Positions 9,947-17,994 of a stretch of DNA of 58,758 nucleotides are shown piece after piece. This DNA is from Solirubrobacterales bacterium (GTDB lineage: Bacteria > Actinomycetota > Thermoleophilia > Solirubrobacterales > JACPNS01). The translations under genes were made by a program, and so were the position numbers. The notes beneath the pieces are model-generated. The model was not told the DNA's origin. It saw only the letters and a list, made by a program, of their open reading frames with translations, and did not search any database. The stretch lies in the NCBI GenBank assembly GCA_049608465.1, contig JBMYXO010000003.1, positions 1 through 58,758 of the forward strand. The letters run 5' to 3'. Each line of letters opens with the position of its first letter. The first letter of the stretch is position 1.

Positions 9947-10978
9947 CTAAAGCTCCGCCAGCACCGCTGCGGTAGCGGTTGCGGTGTCGGCGTCTCCGCC
10001 GAGGTCAGCAGTTCGCAGGCCACCACCCAGCACGGAATCCACTGCGGATTCTACCCGCGCTGCGTCGTTCGCTCTGTCGAGTCCGTGACGAAGCATCATC
10101 GCTGTCGAGAGAAACATCGCCATCGGATTGGCGAGCCCCTGCCCCGCAATGTCTGGCGCCGAGCCATGCACGGGTTCGAACATGCCCGGTCCGTCGCCAC
10201 TGATGCTGGCGCTGGGGAGCATTCCGATCGATCCGGTGATCATCGCTGCTTCGTCGCTGAGGATGTCGCCGAAGAGGTTCTCTGTGAGGATCACGTCGAA
10301 GTCGCTGGGCGCCGAAACGAGTTGCATCGCTGCGTTGTCGACCAAGAGGTGATCGAGCGGAACGTCGGCAAACTCTTCGCGATGGACGCGGACGACGGTC
10401 TCGCGCCACAAACGGCTGGTCTCGAGCACGTTTGCCTTGTCGACGCTGGTCACTTTCGTACGTGCCGATTTGAACGCGATACGTGCGATGCGCTCGATCT
10501 CGGCGACCGAGTAAGCGCAAACGTCTGTTGCGACGTCGTCGATCCGCGACTTCTCACCGAAGTAGATGCCGCCGGTGAGTTCGCGTACGACGAGCAGATC
10601 TGTGCCGCTGATGCGATCCTCTTTGAGCGGGCTTGATGCGTACAGCGCCGGAATCGGTTTGACCGGGCGCAGGTTCGCGTAGAGATTCAATCCCTTGCGA
10701 ATGCCGAGCAGGCCCTGCTCTGGCCGCGGGTCGTCGGGGTTTGTGGAATCCCACTTCGGTCCGCCGACGGCCGCGAGCAGCACTGCGTCTGAAGCCTTGG
10801 CGGCCTCGAGAGTTGAGTCCGGAAGCGCGACGCCGTGGTTGTCGATCGCGACCCCGCCGAGATCGTGGTCTTCCCACTCGATTCCGCCGAGAGTCGTCAT
10901 CAATTCTTTGGCCGCGTCCATGATTTCGGGGCCGATGCCGTCGCCGGGGAGCGTGACTATCTTCGCTGCGTCGCTCAT
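9947..10978 (-). CDS. leuB: 3-isopropylmalate dehydrogenase
   Basis: Signature NLFGDILSDEAAMITGSIGMLPSAS. Its ATG overlaps the leuD stop as ATGA. Confidence 0.95.
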   Translation of the reverse strand: MSDAAKIVTLPGDGIGPEIMDAAKELMTTLGGIEWEDHDLGGVAIDNHGVALPDSTLEAAKASDAVLLAAVGGPKWDSTNPDDPRPEQGLLGIRKGLNLYANLRPVKPIPALYASSPLKEDRISGTDLLVVRELTGGIYFGEKSRIDDVATDVCAYSVAEIERIARIAFKSARTKVTSVDKANVLETSRLWRETVVRVHREEFADVPLDHLLVDNAAMQLVSAPSDFDVILTENLFGDILSDEAAMITGSIGMLPSASISGDGPGMFEPVHGSAPDIAGQGLANPMAMFLSTAMMLRHGLDRANDAARVESAVDSVLGGGLRTADLGGDADTATATAAVLAEL

Positions 10979-11535
10979 AGCGCGGTGGTCACCGGACCCG
11001 TACGCTCGCGATCGGCTTCGTAGTCGCTGATCAACTGTTCGTCCTGGAGCGTGATCGAGATGTCGTCGAGGCCGTGGATCAGGCGGTGGCGGATGCCCTC
11101 GTCCTTTTCGAATGGGTACTCCTTGCCTCCTGCCGTGACGACGAGATTCTCCAGATCGACCGTGGCTTCACCGGCTGCGCCGATCTCCTTGACCTGTTCC
11201 TCCGGCAGCGTCACGAGAACCATGCCGTTCTTGGAGCAGTTGTTGTAGAAAATGTCCGCGAAACTCGGGGCGATGATCACGTCGAAGCCGTAGTCGTTGA
11301 GCGCCCATGGCGCGTGCTCGCGCGAGCTGCCGCAGCCGAAGTTTCGACCGGTGACGAGAATCGGGTTGGCGGGCAGGTCAAAATCCGGTTCCTTGCGCCA
11401 GTCATAGAACAGGAACTCGCCGAAGCCTGTGCGCTCAACTCGCTTGAGGAACTGCTTGGGGATGATTTGGTCGGTGTCGACGTCGGAACGGTCGAGGACC
11501 GTGACCTTGCCGGTCAATTTGCTGATCGGTTTCAT
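10975..11535 (-). CDS. leuD: 3-isopropylmalate dehydratase small subunit
   Basis: Contains GRNFGCGSSREHAPWAL. 186 aa. Confidence 0.95.
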   Translation of the reverse strand: MKPISKLTGKVTVLDRSDVDTDQIIPKQFLKRVERTGFGEFLFYDWRKEPDFDLPANPILVTGRNFGCGSSREHAPWALNDYGFDVIIAPSFADIFYNNCSKNGMVLVTLPEEQVKEIGAAGEATVDLENLVVTAGGKEYPFEKDEGIRHRLIHGLDDISITLQDEQLISDYEADRERTGPVTTAL

Positions 11536-11565
11536 GTTGGCTGTCTCCCTAATCCTTTTCTGAAG

Positions 11566-12957
11566 CTAGTTCCACTCGCGAATGTCGACGAAGTGGCCGG
11601 CGATTGCTGCGGCCGCAGCCATCTGCGGGCTCACCAGGTGAGTTCTGCCACCGCGGCCTTGACGGCCTTCGAAGTTTCGATTGCTGGTGCTTGCGCAGCG
11701 CTCGCCCGGATCGAGTGTGTCCGGGTTCATGCCCAGGCACATCGAGCAGCCGGCGCTGCGCCAATCAAAGCCGGCGTCGATGAAGAGTTTGTCCAGACCT
11801 TCCTGCTCTGCCTGGATCTTCACCTGCGCGCTTCCCGGCACGACCATCGCGCTGACCGAGTCGGCAACCTTGCGGCCCTGAATGACCTCGGCCGCGGCGC
11901 GGAGGTCGCCGATTCGGCTATTGGTACAGGAGCCGATGAAGACACGGTCGAGCTTGATCTCTTGGATCGGCGTTTCGGCCTCCAGACCCATGTACTCGAG
12001 CGCGCGCTCGACGCCGTCGCGGTCGGTGTCGTTCTCGAACTCGGAGGGATTCGGGACGCTGCCGGTCACCTGTGTGACCATGCTCGGCGTCGTTCCCCAG
12101 CTCACCTGAGGCGAGATCGAGCTGGCGTCGATCGTGACCTCTTTGTCGAAGACGGCGTCGTCGTCGGTGCGAAGGTTTTTCCATGCGGCGACGGTGTCTT
12201 CCCAGTCGGCGTCCGAAGGCGCGGCCTTGCGGCCCTTAATCCACTCGAAGGTGGTCTCGTCCGGGGCGATCAGTCCGGCGCGACCGCCGCCCTCGATCGT
12301 CATGTTGCACATCGTCATGCGGCCTTCCATGCTCATCTTCTCGACCGGCTCGCCGGCGTATTCGACGACGTAGCCGACTCCGCCGTCAACACCCATCTGA
12401 CCGATCGTGGCGAGGATCAGGTCTTTCGGCGTGACGCCAAAGCCGAGCTCGCCGACGTAGTTGATGCGCATCGACATGGGCTTGCGCTGCGGCAGGGTCT
12501 GCGTGGCCAGTACGTGCTCGACCTCGCTGGTGCCGATGCCGAAGGCCAACGCGCCGAACGCGCCGTGTGTGGCGGTGTGGCTGTCGCCGCAGACGATCGT
12601 CATGCCCGGCTGGGTGACTCCAATCTCCGGGCCGATCACGTGGACGATGCCCTGGTGTTCGGAACCGATCGAGTAGACCGGCACGCCGAACTCGGCGCAG
12701 TTGTTCTCGAGCACTTCGATCTGTTTGCGGCTGAGCGCGTCCTTGATCTGGGCCAGCGTGGTTGCGCCGTCGGTCGGGATGTTGTGGTCGGCAGTGGCCA
12801 GCGTGCGATCCGGGCGGCGCAACTTCCTGCCTGCCAGACGGAGGCCGTCAAACGCCTGCGGACTCGTCACCTCGTGGACCAGGTGGAGGTCGATGAAGAT
12901 CAGCCCCTCGTTGACCTCATGCTGATCCCAGATTTTCTCGAACATCGTTTTTGACAT
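11566..12957 (-). CDS. leuC: 3-isopropylmalate dehydratase large subunit
   Basis: Aconitase-family motifs [15 protein letters not shown] and [16 protein letters not shown] upstream. Confidence 0.95.
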   Translation of the reverse strand: MSKTMFEKIWDQHEVNEGLIFIDLHLVHEVTSPQAFDGLRLAGRKLRRPDRTLATADHNIPTDGATTLAQIKDALSRKQIEVLENNCAEFGVPVYSIGSEHQGIVHVIGPEIGVTQPGMTIVCGDSHTATHGAFGALAFGIGTSEVEHVLATQTLPQRKPMSMRINYVGELGFGVTPKDLILATIGQMGVDGGVGYVVEYAGEPVEKMSMEGRMTMCNMTIEGGGRAGLIAPDETTFEWIKGRKAAPSDADWEDTVAAWKNLRTDDDAVFDKEVTIDASSISPQVSWGTTPSMVTQVTGSVPNPSEFENDTDRDGVERALEYMGLEAETPIQEIKLDRVFIGSCTNSRIGDLRAAAEVIQGRKVADSVSAMVVPGSAQVKIQAEQEGLDKLFIDAGFDWRSAGCSMCLGMNPDTLDPGERCASTSNRNFEGRQGRGGRTHLVSPQMAAAAAIAGHFVDIREWN

Positions 12958-12993
12958 CGTGCTGGCTCCTGAATGGTTTCTATATGGAAGTCG

Positions 12994-13596
12994 TTAGCCG
13001 CGTTTGAGACCGGCGGCGGTTACGGCGAGGAAGACGGATTCGGTCGTTCCCGGGTTTTCGAAGTGGTGCGGGAGATCCGCGTCGAATGTGACGGAATCCC
13101 CCTCGGTAAGTGTGCGGCGTTCGCCATCAATCACGAGATCGAGAGCGCCATTTTGCAGCAGCACGGTCTCGCGGGTGCCGGGCTCGTGCATTGGGCTGTC
13201 GCCCTCTCCTCCGGTTGAAGCACTGGGCTGGAGTGTGTGTTCGCTGAGTGCGACGCGTTGGCCGGGTAGCGGCGGTGTGAGCATTTCGTAGCTGTGGCCC
13301 TTTGACGTTTCGCCGCTCTGACGGCGCTGTCCCTTGCTGACGATCACTACGTGGTGGGTTTCGTCGAGCCTGAGCAGCTGACTCAGCGTGAGATCCAGGC
13401 CTTTGGAGATTCTTGCGGCAACGCTGAGCGTTGGCGACGTCTCCCCTCGTTCAACCTGACTGAGCATCGGCGCAGATACGCCGGAACGATCTGCAAGGTC
13501 GCGCAAAGACATGCCCATCGCTTCACGCAGGGCCTTGACGCGAGGGCCAACGACGATGTCGTCAACGGTTGTAGGAAGTGCTTTGACAGCAGCCAT
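12994..13596 (-). CDS. XRE-family HTH transcriptional regulator with C-terminal cupin domain
   Basis: N-terminal HTH_3 (SLRDLADRSGVSAPMLSQVERGETSPTL). C-terminal cupin (GDSVTFDADLPHHFENPG). Lies 36 nt upstream of leuC on the same strand. Confidence 0.85.
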   Translation of the reverse strand: MAAVKALPTTVDDIVVGPRVKALREAMGMSLRDLADRSGVSAPMLSQVERGETSPTLSVAARISKGLDLTLSQLLRLDETHHVVIVSKGQRRQSGETSKGHSYEMLTPPLPGQRVALSEHTLQPSASTGGEGDSPMHEPGTRETVLLQNGALDLVIDGERRTLTEGDSVTFDADLPHHFENPGTTESVFLAVTAAGLKRG

Positions 13597-13601
13597 TACG
13601 C

Positions 13602-13621
13602 ATGTACGTTATCACGTACAT
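13602..13621. promoter_or_regulatory. Perfect palindromic operator candidate at the XRE-cupin gene start
   Basis: ATGTACGT-tatc-ACGTACAT (8-bp arms) lies 6 nt upstream of the ATG at 13596. It overlaps a TAACGT -10-like hexamer on the minus strand. Confidence 0.5.
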
Positions 13622-13859
13622 CCACCTTCGTCCGGAACAAGGTTTGCCAAAACCGGCACCTTGTTTTAAATCGTCGTTACTTGGTGGAGTGAATCGTTGC
13701 GCAGTTCCACTGCTTTGGATAACAACTCGCGAAGGTCGAAATCGTTGGGACTGTCAGGGTCTGTCCGCGGTGCGGCGAAAGCGGTCGGCAGCATTCACCC
13801 GAGTATCCGCTTGTGCTCGGCGAGATCGGCACATCGAACCCAAATCCAGGTGCACATGG

Positions 13860-15275
13860 TCAACGCCCTGTCGCGTAGAAGAACGGCAGCCTTGGGCCTG
13901 GATACCGAGTCCCGCCTTTTCGATATCGGGCGGGACCGACAAAATACTGCCGGCCTCTAACCGTTATGAATTGTTCGATCGGATCGTTGTAGTTCTTGAA
14001 GATCTTGTAGCCGCGCCGTCCCCACCTGCGATCACTTGTGCCGTTTTCGTTCACTGACATCATCGTGGGAGCGACGTACGTTTCATATTTGCTGCCGTGT
14101 TTCTTTCTGGCGGTTGCTTCACCGCCGATCAATACAGAACCGTCCGCCTGCGGTGCAACAACATTCGCAAACTGCGGCAACTTCGCGACTCCGTCACGGC
14201 TGAAAGAGGTGTCAACGGTCCCGTTCTTGTTCATTCGATAGAGCACGGCAAATGAATCCACGTCGGGGTCGTACATGTGATTGTGTACGAGGAAACGGCC
14301 GTTGCGGTCAGAGGTCATAGAGAAAACCTCTCCGCTGAATGAGCCTTTGCCGAACGAAAGTCGTGGGAATATGGTGCGGCCGCCGGTGCCGAAATTTCGA
14401 TCGAGATTGCCCCTTGAAGTGACACGGATCAACTGGTTGTCGGAGTCGTTGAATGTCATTGGGGTTTCGGTACGGAAGCTTCCGAACGCGCCCACAATGG
14501 AACTCCCTCCCTGCGCGGCATAACACGCAGACGTGCCGAACCGATTTCCCACGAAAGCGCCGTCCAGAGTTATCGTCCCGCCATTGCCAAAACCGGGCTC
14601 AGGCTGACCATCTTTTCGGAACACGCGGATCGCACCAACCCGCAAACCAAATTCCGTATGGAAAATCGTTCCGCACAGTGCGATACCTGATCTGCCTAGC
14701 GGAACAGCAGTGTCTGCCGAGAACGCACCTTTTCTTGATTTCGAGTGCGGATAACGGACGACCAATTGGCCACCATCTGCGAATCGTCTGTCGATCTTGC
14801 CATTCGAACGAAACATCGTGATCGAATACCCAAGGTTGATCACGCTTGGTTCGTCAACTCCGCCAAGGCCCCCATATACGGCCACGCGGCCGTCGCGCAG
14901 AGGCACGGCTCGGTAGTCCCAGTTTTCACCAGCCCGACCGACCTTAATTGTTCTAGTGGTCCCACGCCGACCAAATGATCTGACCAATCTCCCGTTCCTA
15001 GTGAACTTCGTCAAACGAAACTGCGTCCGGTAGATCGCGCCCGAGTTGTCGTTGTATTTCGTGCCTGGTTCCTCAAGCCGGAAGATCGGACTTCGAGGGG
15101 TGGCCTGAGTAAAAACGCTCGGTTTGACGGCGCGGAGTGCCGGTACTGCTGAAGATTGAACTTGGCGCAGTGCGGTCGACGCTTCGGAGTTGCTGGCGGC
15201 GGCGAACAGCACGCTTATGGCAGCCAGCATCGCGATACCGGTTATGGCTGCAACGTTGGATGAATGTTTTCTCAA
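13860..15275 (-). CDS. Exported repeat protein, six ~60-70-aa repeats (delta-60-repeat-like, probable beta-propeller), paralog 1
   Basis: N-terminal signal-like segment (ITGIAMLAAISVLFAAASNSEA). The motif [NDKR]G-x-[LIVP]-[DE]-x-x-[FW]-G-x-x-G recurs six times, e.g. NGKIDRRFADGG, RGNLDRNFGTGG, NGTVDTSFSRDG. TTG start. Sampled lines are ~52% GC. Confidence 0.75.
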   Translation of the reverse strand: MRKHSSNVAAITGIAMLAAISVLFAAASNSEASTALRQVQSSAVPALRAVKPSVFTQATPRSPIFRLEEPGTKYNDNSGAIYRTQFRLTKFTRNGRLVRSFGRRGTTRTIKVGRAGENWDYRAVPLRDGRVAVYGGLGGVDEPSVINLGYSITMFRSNGKIDRRFADGGQLVVRYPHSKSRKGAFSADTAVPLGRSGIALCGTIFHTEFGLRVGAIRVFRKDGQPEPGFGNGGTITLDGAFVGNRFGTSACYAAQGGSSIVGAFGSFRTETPMTFNDSDNQLIRVTSRGNLDRNFGTGGRTIFPRLSFGKGSFSGEVFSMTSDRNGRFLVHNHMYDPDVDSFAVLYRMNKNGTVDTSFSRDGVAKLPQFANVVAPQADGSVLIGGEATARKKHGSKYETYVAPTMMSVNENGTSDRRWGRRGYKIFKNYNDPIEQFITVRGRQYFVGPARYRKGGTRYPGPRLPFFYATGR

Positions 15276-15405
15276 GTGGTGTCGACCTCAGGCGCACACT
15301 TGCCGCACGGGTTCGACCTTTTCACGCACAGCCTCATACAGGCGACGAAACCGTGAATCCGAGGCTATCGGTCAGGACCATTCGGGCCACGATGCCGTCT
15401 TCAAC

Positions 15406-16794
15406 CTAGCGAGTGGCGACATAGAAAAAACGCCGTGGCGGTCCCGGATAGTCGGGGAAAAATCGCTTGCGAACGAATGGGCCTGCGAAGTAGGTTCGAC
15501 CGCGCACAGTGATTGATTGGGTCGGGATGGACTCATATTTTTTTGCAGTGCGGTAGCCGCGCCGACCCCACCGGCGGTCGAGCGAGCCATCCATGTTGAC
15601 GGACATTGTCACGGGAATCGTAGCTTCGGTACGTCGAAACTTTCGTGTCTTGCGAAACTCCATATTCTTTAATCCTGCGATCAGGAGCGAGCCATCTGAA
15701 CGCGGGACAAGCGTCTCGGCAAGCTCGGGCAATTCCACCATGCCGTCGGAATCGAACGTTGGGTCCAATCCACCGTTGGGAAGAAGTCGGAACACCACGG
15801 AGTACGGCTTTGGATATTCAAGAGTCTCGCCCACCAGCGAAGCAACGAACAGCAGCCGCCCTTGACGATCACGCAGAAGCTTTTTATAAGAAGGATACTC
15901 CAGCTTGCCGCCAAACGGAACAAGCGGCAGCTCCGAGAAACTGTTAGTGCCAAAAGTGCGATCTAGTTCGCCTTGTTCAGTGATCCGGAGAACGCCGGTC
16001 GCAATACTCGTTTTTGAGAATGTTGTAACCAGATTCGCCACGATCGAATCGCCGCCAACCGCATGCTGACAAAACGTGTTTTTCGAGTCGGCTTGGGGAA
16101 ATAGGTCGTCAATATGTACGGTACCGCCGACGCCAAATCCCGAAAGCGGTTCGCCTTTGGGCCCGAAGCCCTTGATTGCCGCGCGAGCCGGCTTAAGGTT
16201 ACTGGTCGTGACAAAACCCCCACAAAGGGCTATGCCAGACCTACCGATAGCGACGGCGCTTTCTGTTGTGAACACATTTTCCCGATACTCGCGCCTGCTA
16301 TATCGGACCGTTAATAACCCACGTTCGCCGAACCTACGGTCGAGTCTGCCGCGGCTGGTAAACATCGCGATGCTGTACCCCAAATCACGCAAGCCCGGCG
16401 AAGTGCCGAGCGACGCGAACACGGCGACGCGGCCGTCGTTCAAGGGAACGACCGTGTAGTCCCAGTTTTCACCAGCGCGCCCGAGCTTGACCGTTTCAGT
16501 CGTTCCTCGATTTCCAAAGCCTCGATACAGACGACCCTTCGCGGAGAATTTTGAGACCCTGAATTTGGTGCGATAAATCGTGCCGGACTGATTGTCGTAC
16601 CGCTTTCCGGGTTCTTCGAGTCTGTAGATCGGACTGCTAGGACTGGTTTGTACGTAGGTGCTTCGCTTCTGCGGGGCAAAAACGGAACCTTGCTTCGAAT
16701 TTTTGACAAACTTCAGCGAGAACGCCGCTATTCCGAACGTGAGCGCCACCGGTGTCAGTAGAAGAACTAGATTGCGAATGCGTTCAATCATCAT
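15406..16794 (-). CDS. Membrane-anchored/exported repeat protein, paralog 2 of 13860-15275
   Basis: Collinear with paralog 1 (SPIYRLEEPGKRYDNQSGTIYRTKF..GRAGENWDY..; C-terminus RRFFYVATR against LPFFYATGR). Same six repeats. N-terminal TM helix. Confidence 0.75.
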   Translation of the reverse strand: MMIERIRNLVLLLTPVALTFGIAAFSLKFVKNSKQGSVFAPQKRSTYVQTSPSSPIYRLEEPGKRYDNQSGTIYRTKFRVSKFSAKGRLYRGFGNRGTTETVKLGRAGENWDYTVVPLNDGRVAVFASLGTSPGLRDLGYSIAMFTSRGRLDRRFGERGLLTVRYSRREYRENVFTTESAVAIGRSGIALCGGFVTTSNLKPARAAIKGFGPKGEPLSGFGVGGTVHIDDLFPQADSKNTFCQHAVGGDSIVANLVTTFSKTSIATGVLRITEQGELDRTFGTNSFSELPLVPFGGKLEYPSYKKLLRDRQGRLLFVASLVGETLEYPKPYSVVFRLLPNGGLDPTFDSDGMVELPELAETLVPRSDGSLLIAGLKNMEFRKTRKFRRTEATIPVTMSVNMDGSLDRRWGRRGYRTAKKYESIPTQSITVRGRTYFAGPFVRKRFFPDYPGPPRRFFYVATR

Positions 16795-16854
16795 TCATTT
16801 GCGGGTCCGCCCGGACAACCTACTTTCATTTGAAACAGAGTTAGTGAAGTGATC

Positions 16855-16930
16855 GACCTTATCGGTCAAAACTCTTCGGGCCATGATGCCTTCGTCAACC
16901 TAGCGAGTGGCTACAAAGCGGGAATTGCGC
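16855..16930 (-). pseudogene. Stump of a third paralog (last ~10 codons ..RFVATR* plus ~45 nt of 3' flank)
   Basis: 16859-16915 is ~85% identical by eye to 15366-15420, which is the 3' end plus downstream flank of paralog 2. It includes an in-frame F-V-A-T-R-stop at 16900-16917. Confidence 0.6.
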
Positions 16931-16931
16931 C

Positions 16932-17984
16932 TTAGTTAGCAGCCGAAACCAGCCGTTTGATTTCGTCAGCATTTGCGCCGCCGGGAGTCAGCGCCAGCTC
17001 GCGGCGTTCGGAGGCAGAGGCGATGATCGCTTCGATCCGAGCCGGATTCACGCCCAGATCCGTGAGAGACGTGGGGTTGCCAGCAGACGCACAGACTTGG
17101 GCCAGCTCTACCGATGGGTCCGCCGTGCCCATCGCGTCGGCAATCAATTGCCAGGTCAGCGCGTCACGAACTTTGTAGAACTCAAGGGTGTAGGGCAGCA
17201 TCACGCCGTAGGTCGGAGCGTGTGGAACCTCCGCCATGCGAACGATCGTCTGACAGATCACGTGGTGTAGGGCATATCCAGATGCGCCGACCGCGTATCC
17301 GGCTTCGATCGCACCCAGTGCCATTCGCACCCGACGCGTGACTTCGTCCATCTCGTCGCTCACAAGTGAGCGGAAGATGAGTTCGATTCCGCGGATGGCC
17401 GCCAGGCGCGGAACGGGGCTGGAAGTGGTCACGAACGCAGATTCGATCGCGTGGGAAAGAGCGTTCATGGCGCTGCCGGTGCGAAGCGCAGGTGGCTGCG
17501 ACGCCATCAAGTCCGGTATGCCGATCACGATTGCCGGGCGGACAGTTTTGGCCTGGCCGGCAAAACCAGCGGGTAGTCGATGCACACCGGTCATCGGCGC
17601 GCCGGAAAGCGTGGAGGGGATCGCAGCCACACGTTGATCGCTCGCACCGCCAACGGCCTTGCCGACGTCGATCACCCGACCGCCGCCAACGGCAACGATC
17701 GGACGCGCACCAACTGCGTCGAGAAGTTCGGCTGCGAGGTCGGCAACATTGCCCTCACCCACCGTCACAATTTCCACCGCGCCACTCCGAACATCCCCGC
17801 CGCCGACCGAGTCGAGTTGGTCAAGTCCGCGCTCGGTGGTCAACAGCACGTACTCCTCCATCTGCGCCGCGCGCAGAAAGCCGGGAAGACTGGCGAGCGC
17901 CGACGCACCGAAGGCGATCAGCCGCTCGCCGTCCTTCCAGACGAAGTCTTCGCGGGCCGTTTCGAGCTGATCGAGCGTCGTCAC
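16932..17984 (-). CDS. Iron-containing alcohol dehydrogenase family protein (maleylacetate-reductase-like)
   Basis: Contains GGGRVIDVGKA and a His-rich metal-site region (HAIES..., YALHHV). Start set at the GTG at 17984, 10 nt after the leuA stop. The longer ORF-track start would overlap leuA. Confidence 0.75.
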   Translation of the reverse strand: MTTLDQLETAREDFVWKDGERLIAFGASALASLPGFLRAAQMEEYVLLTTERGLDQLDSVGGGDVRSGAVEIVTVGEGNVADLAAELLDAVGARPIVAVGGGRVIDVGKAVGGASDQRVAAIPSTLSGAPMTGVHRLPAGFAGQAKTVRPAIVIGIPDLMASQPPALRTGSAMNALSHAIESAFVTTSSPVPRLAAIRGIELIFRSLVSDEMDEVTRRVRMALGAIEAGYAVGASGYALHHVICQTIVRMAEVPHAPTYGVMLPYTLEFYKVRDALTWQLIADAMGTADPSVELAQVCASAGNPTSLTDLGVNPARIEAIIASASERRELALTPGGANADEIKRLVSAAN

Positions 17985-17994
17985 GCGGCTGAGA

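Noticed and set aside
11074-12954. 626-aa plus-strand ORF covering the whole of leuD and leuC
   Set aside because: It lies antisense to two genes with unmistakable aconitase-family motifs. The product is Arg/Ala/Val/Asp-rich low-complexity, as is typical of shadow ORFs in high-GC DNA. The same applies to 18376-19635 (antisense to leuA), 35838-36851 and 37005-38159 (antisense to ilvN and ilvB). It also applies to 41147-42133 (antisense to gatA), 56173-57447 and 57682-58539 (antisense to dnaE), and 29066-29851 (antisense to menB).
13636-13665. Hairpin AACAAGGT-N14-ACCTTGTT between repeat-protein paralog 1 and the XRE regulator, as a terminator
   Set aside because: It has an AT-rich 8-bp stem with a 14-nt loop and no U-tract on the transcribed (minus) strand. 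It is about 200 nt from the upstream stop codon. It could equally be promoter-region DNA.
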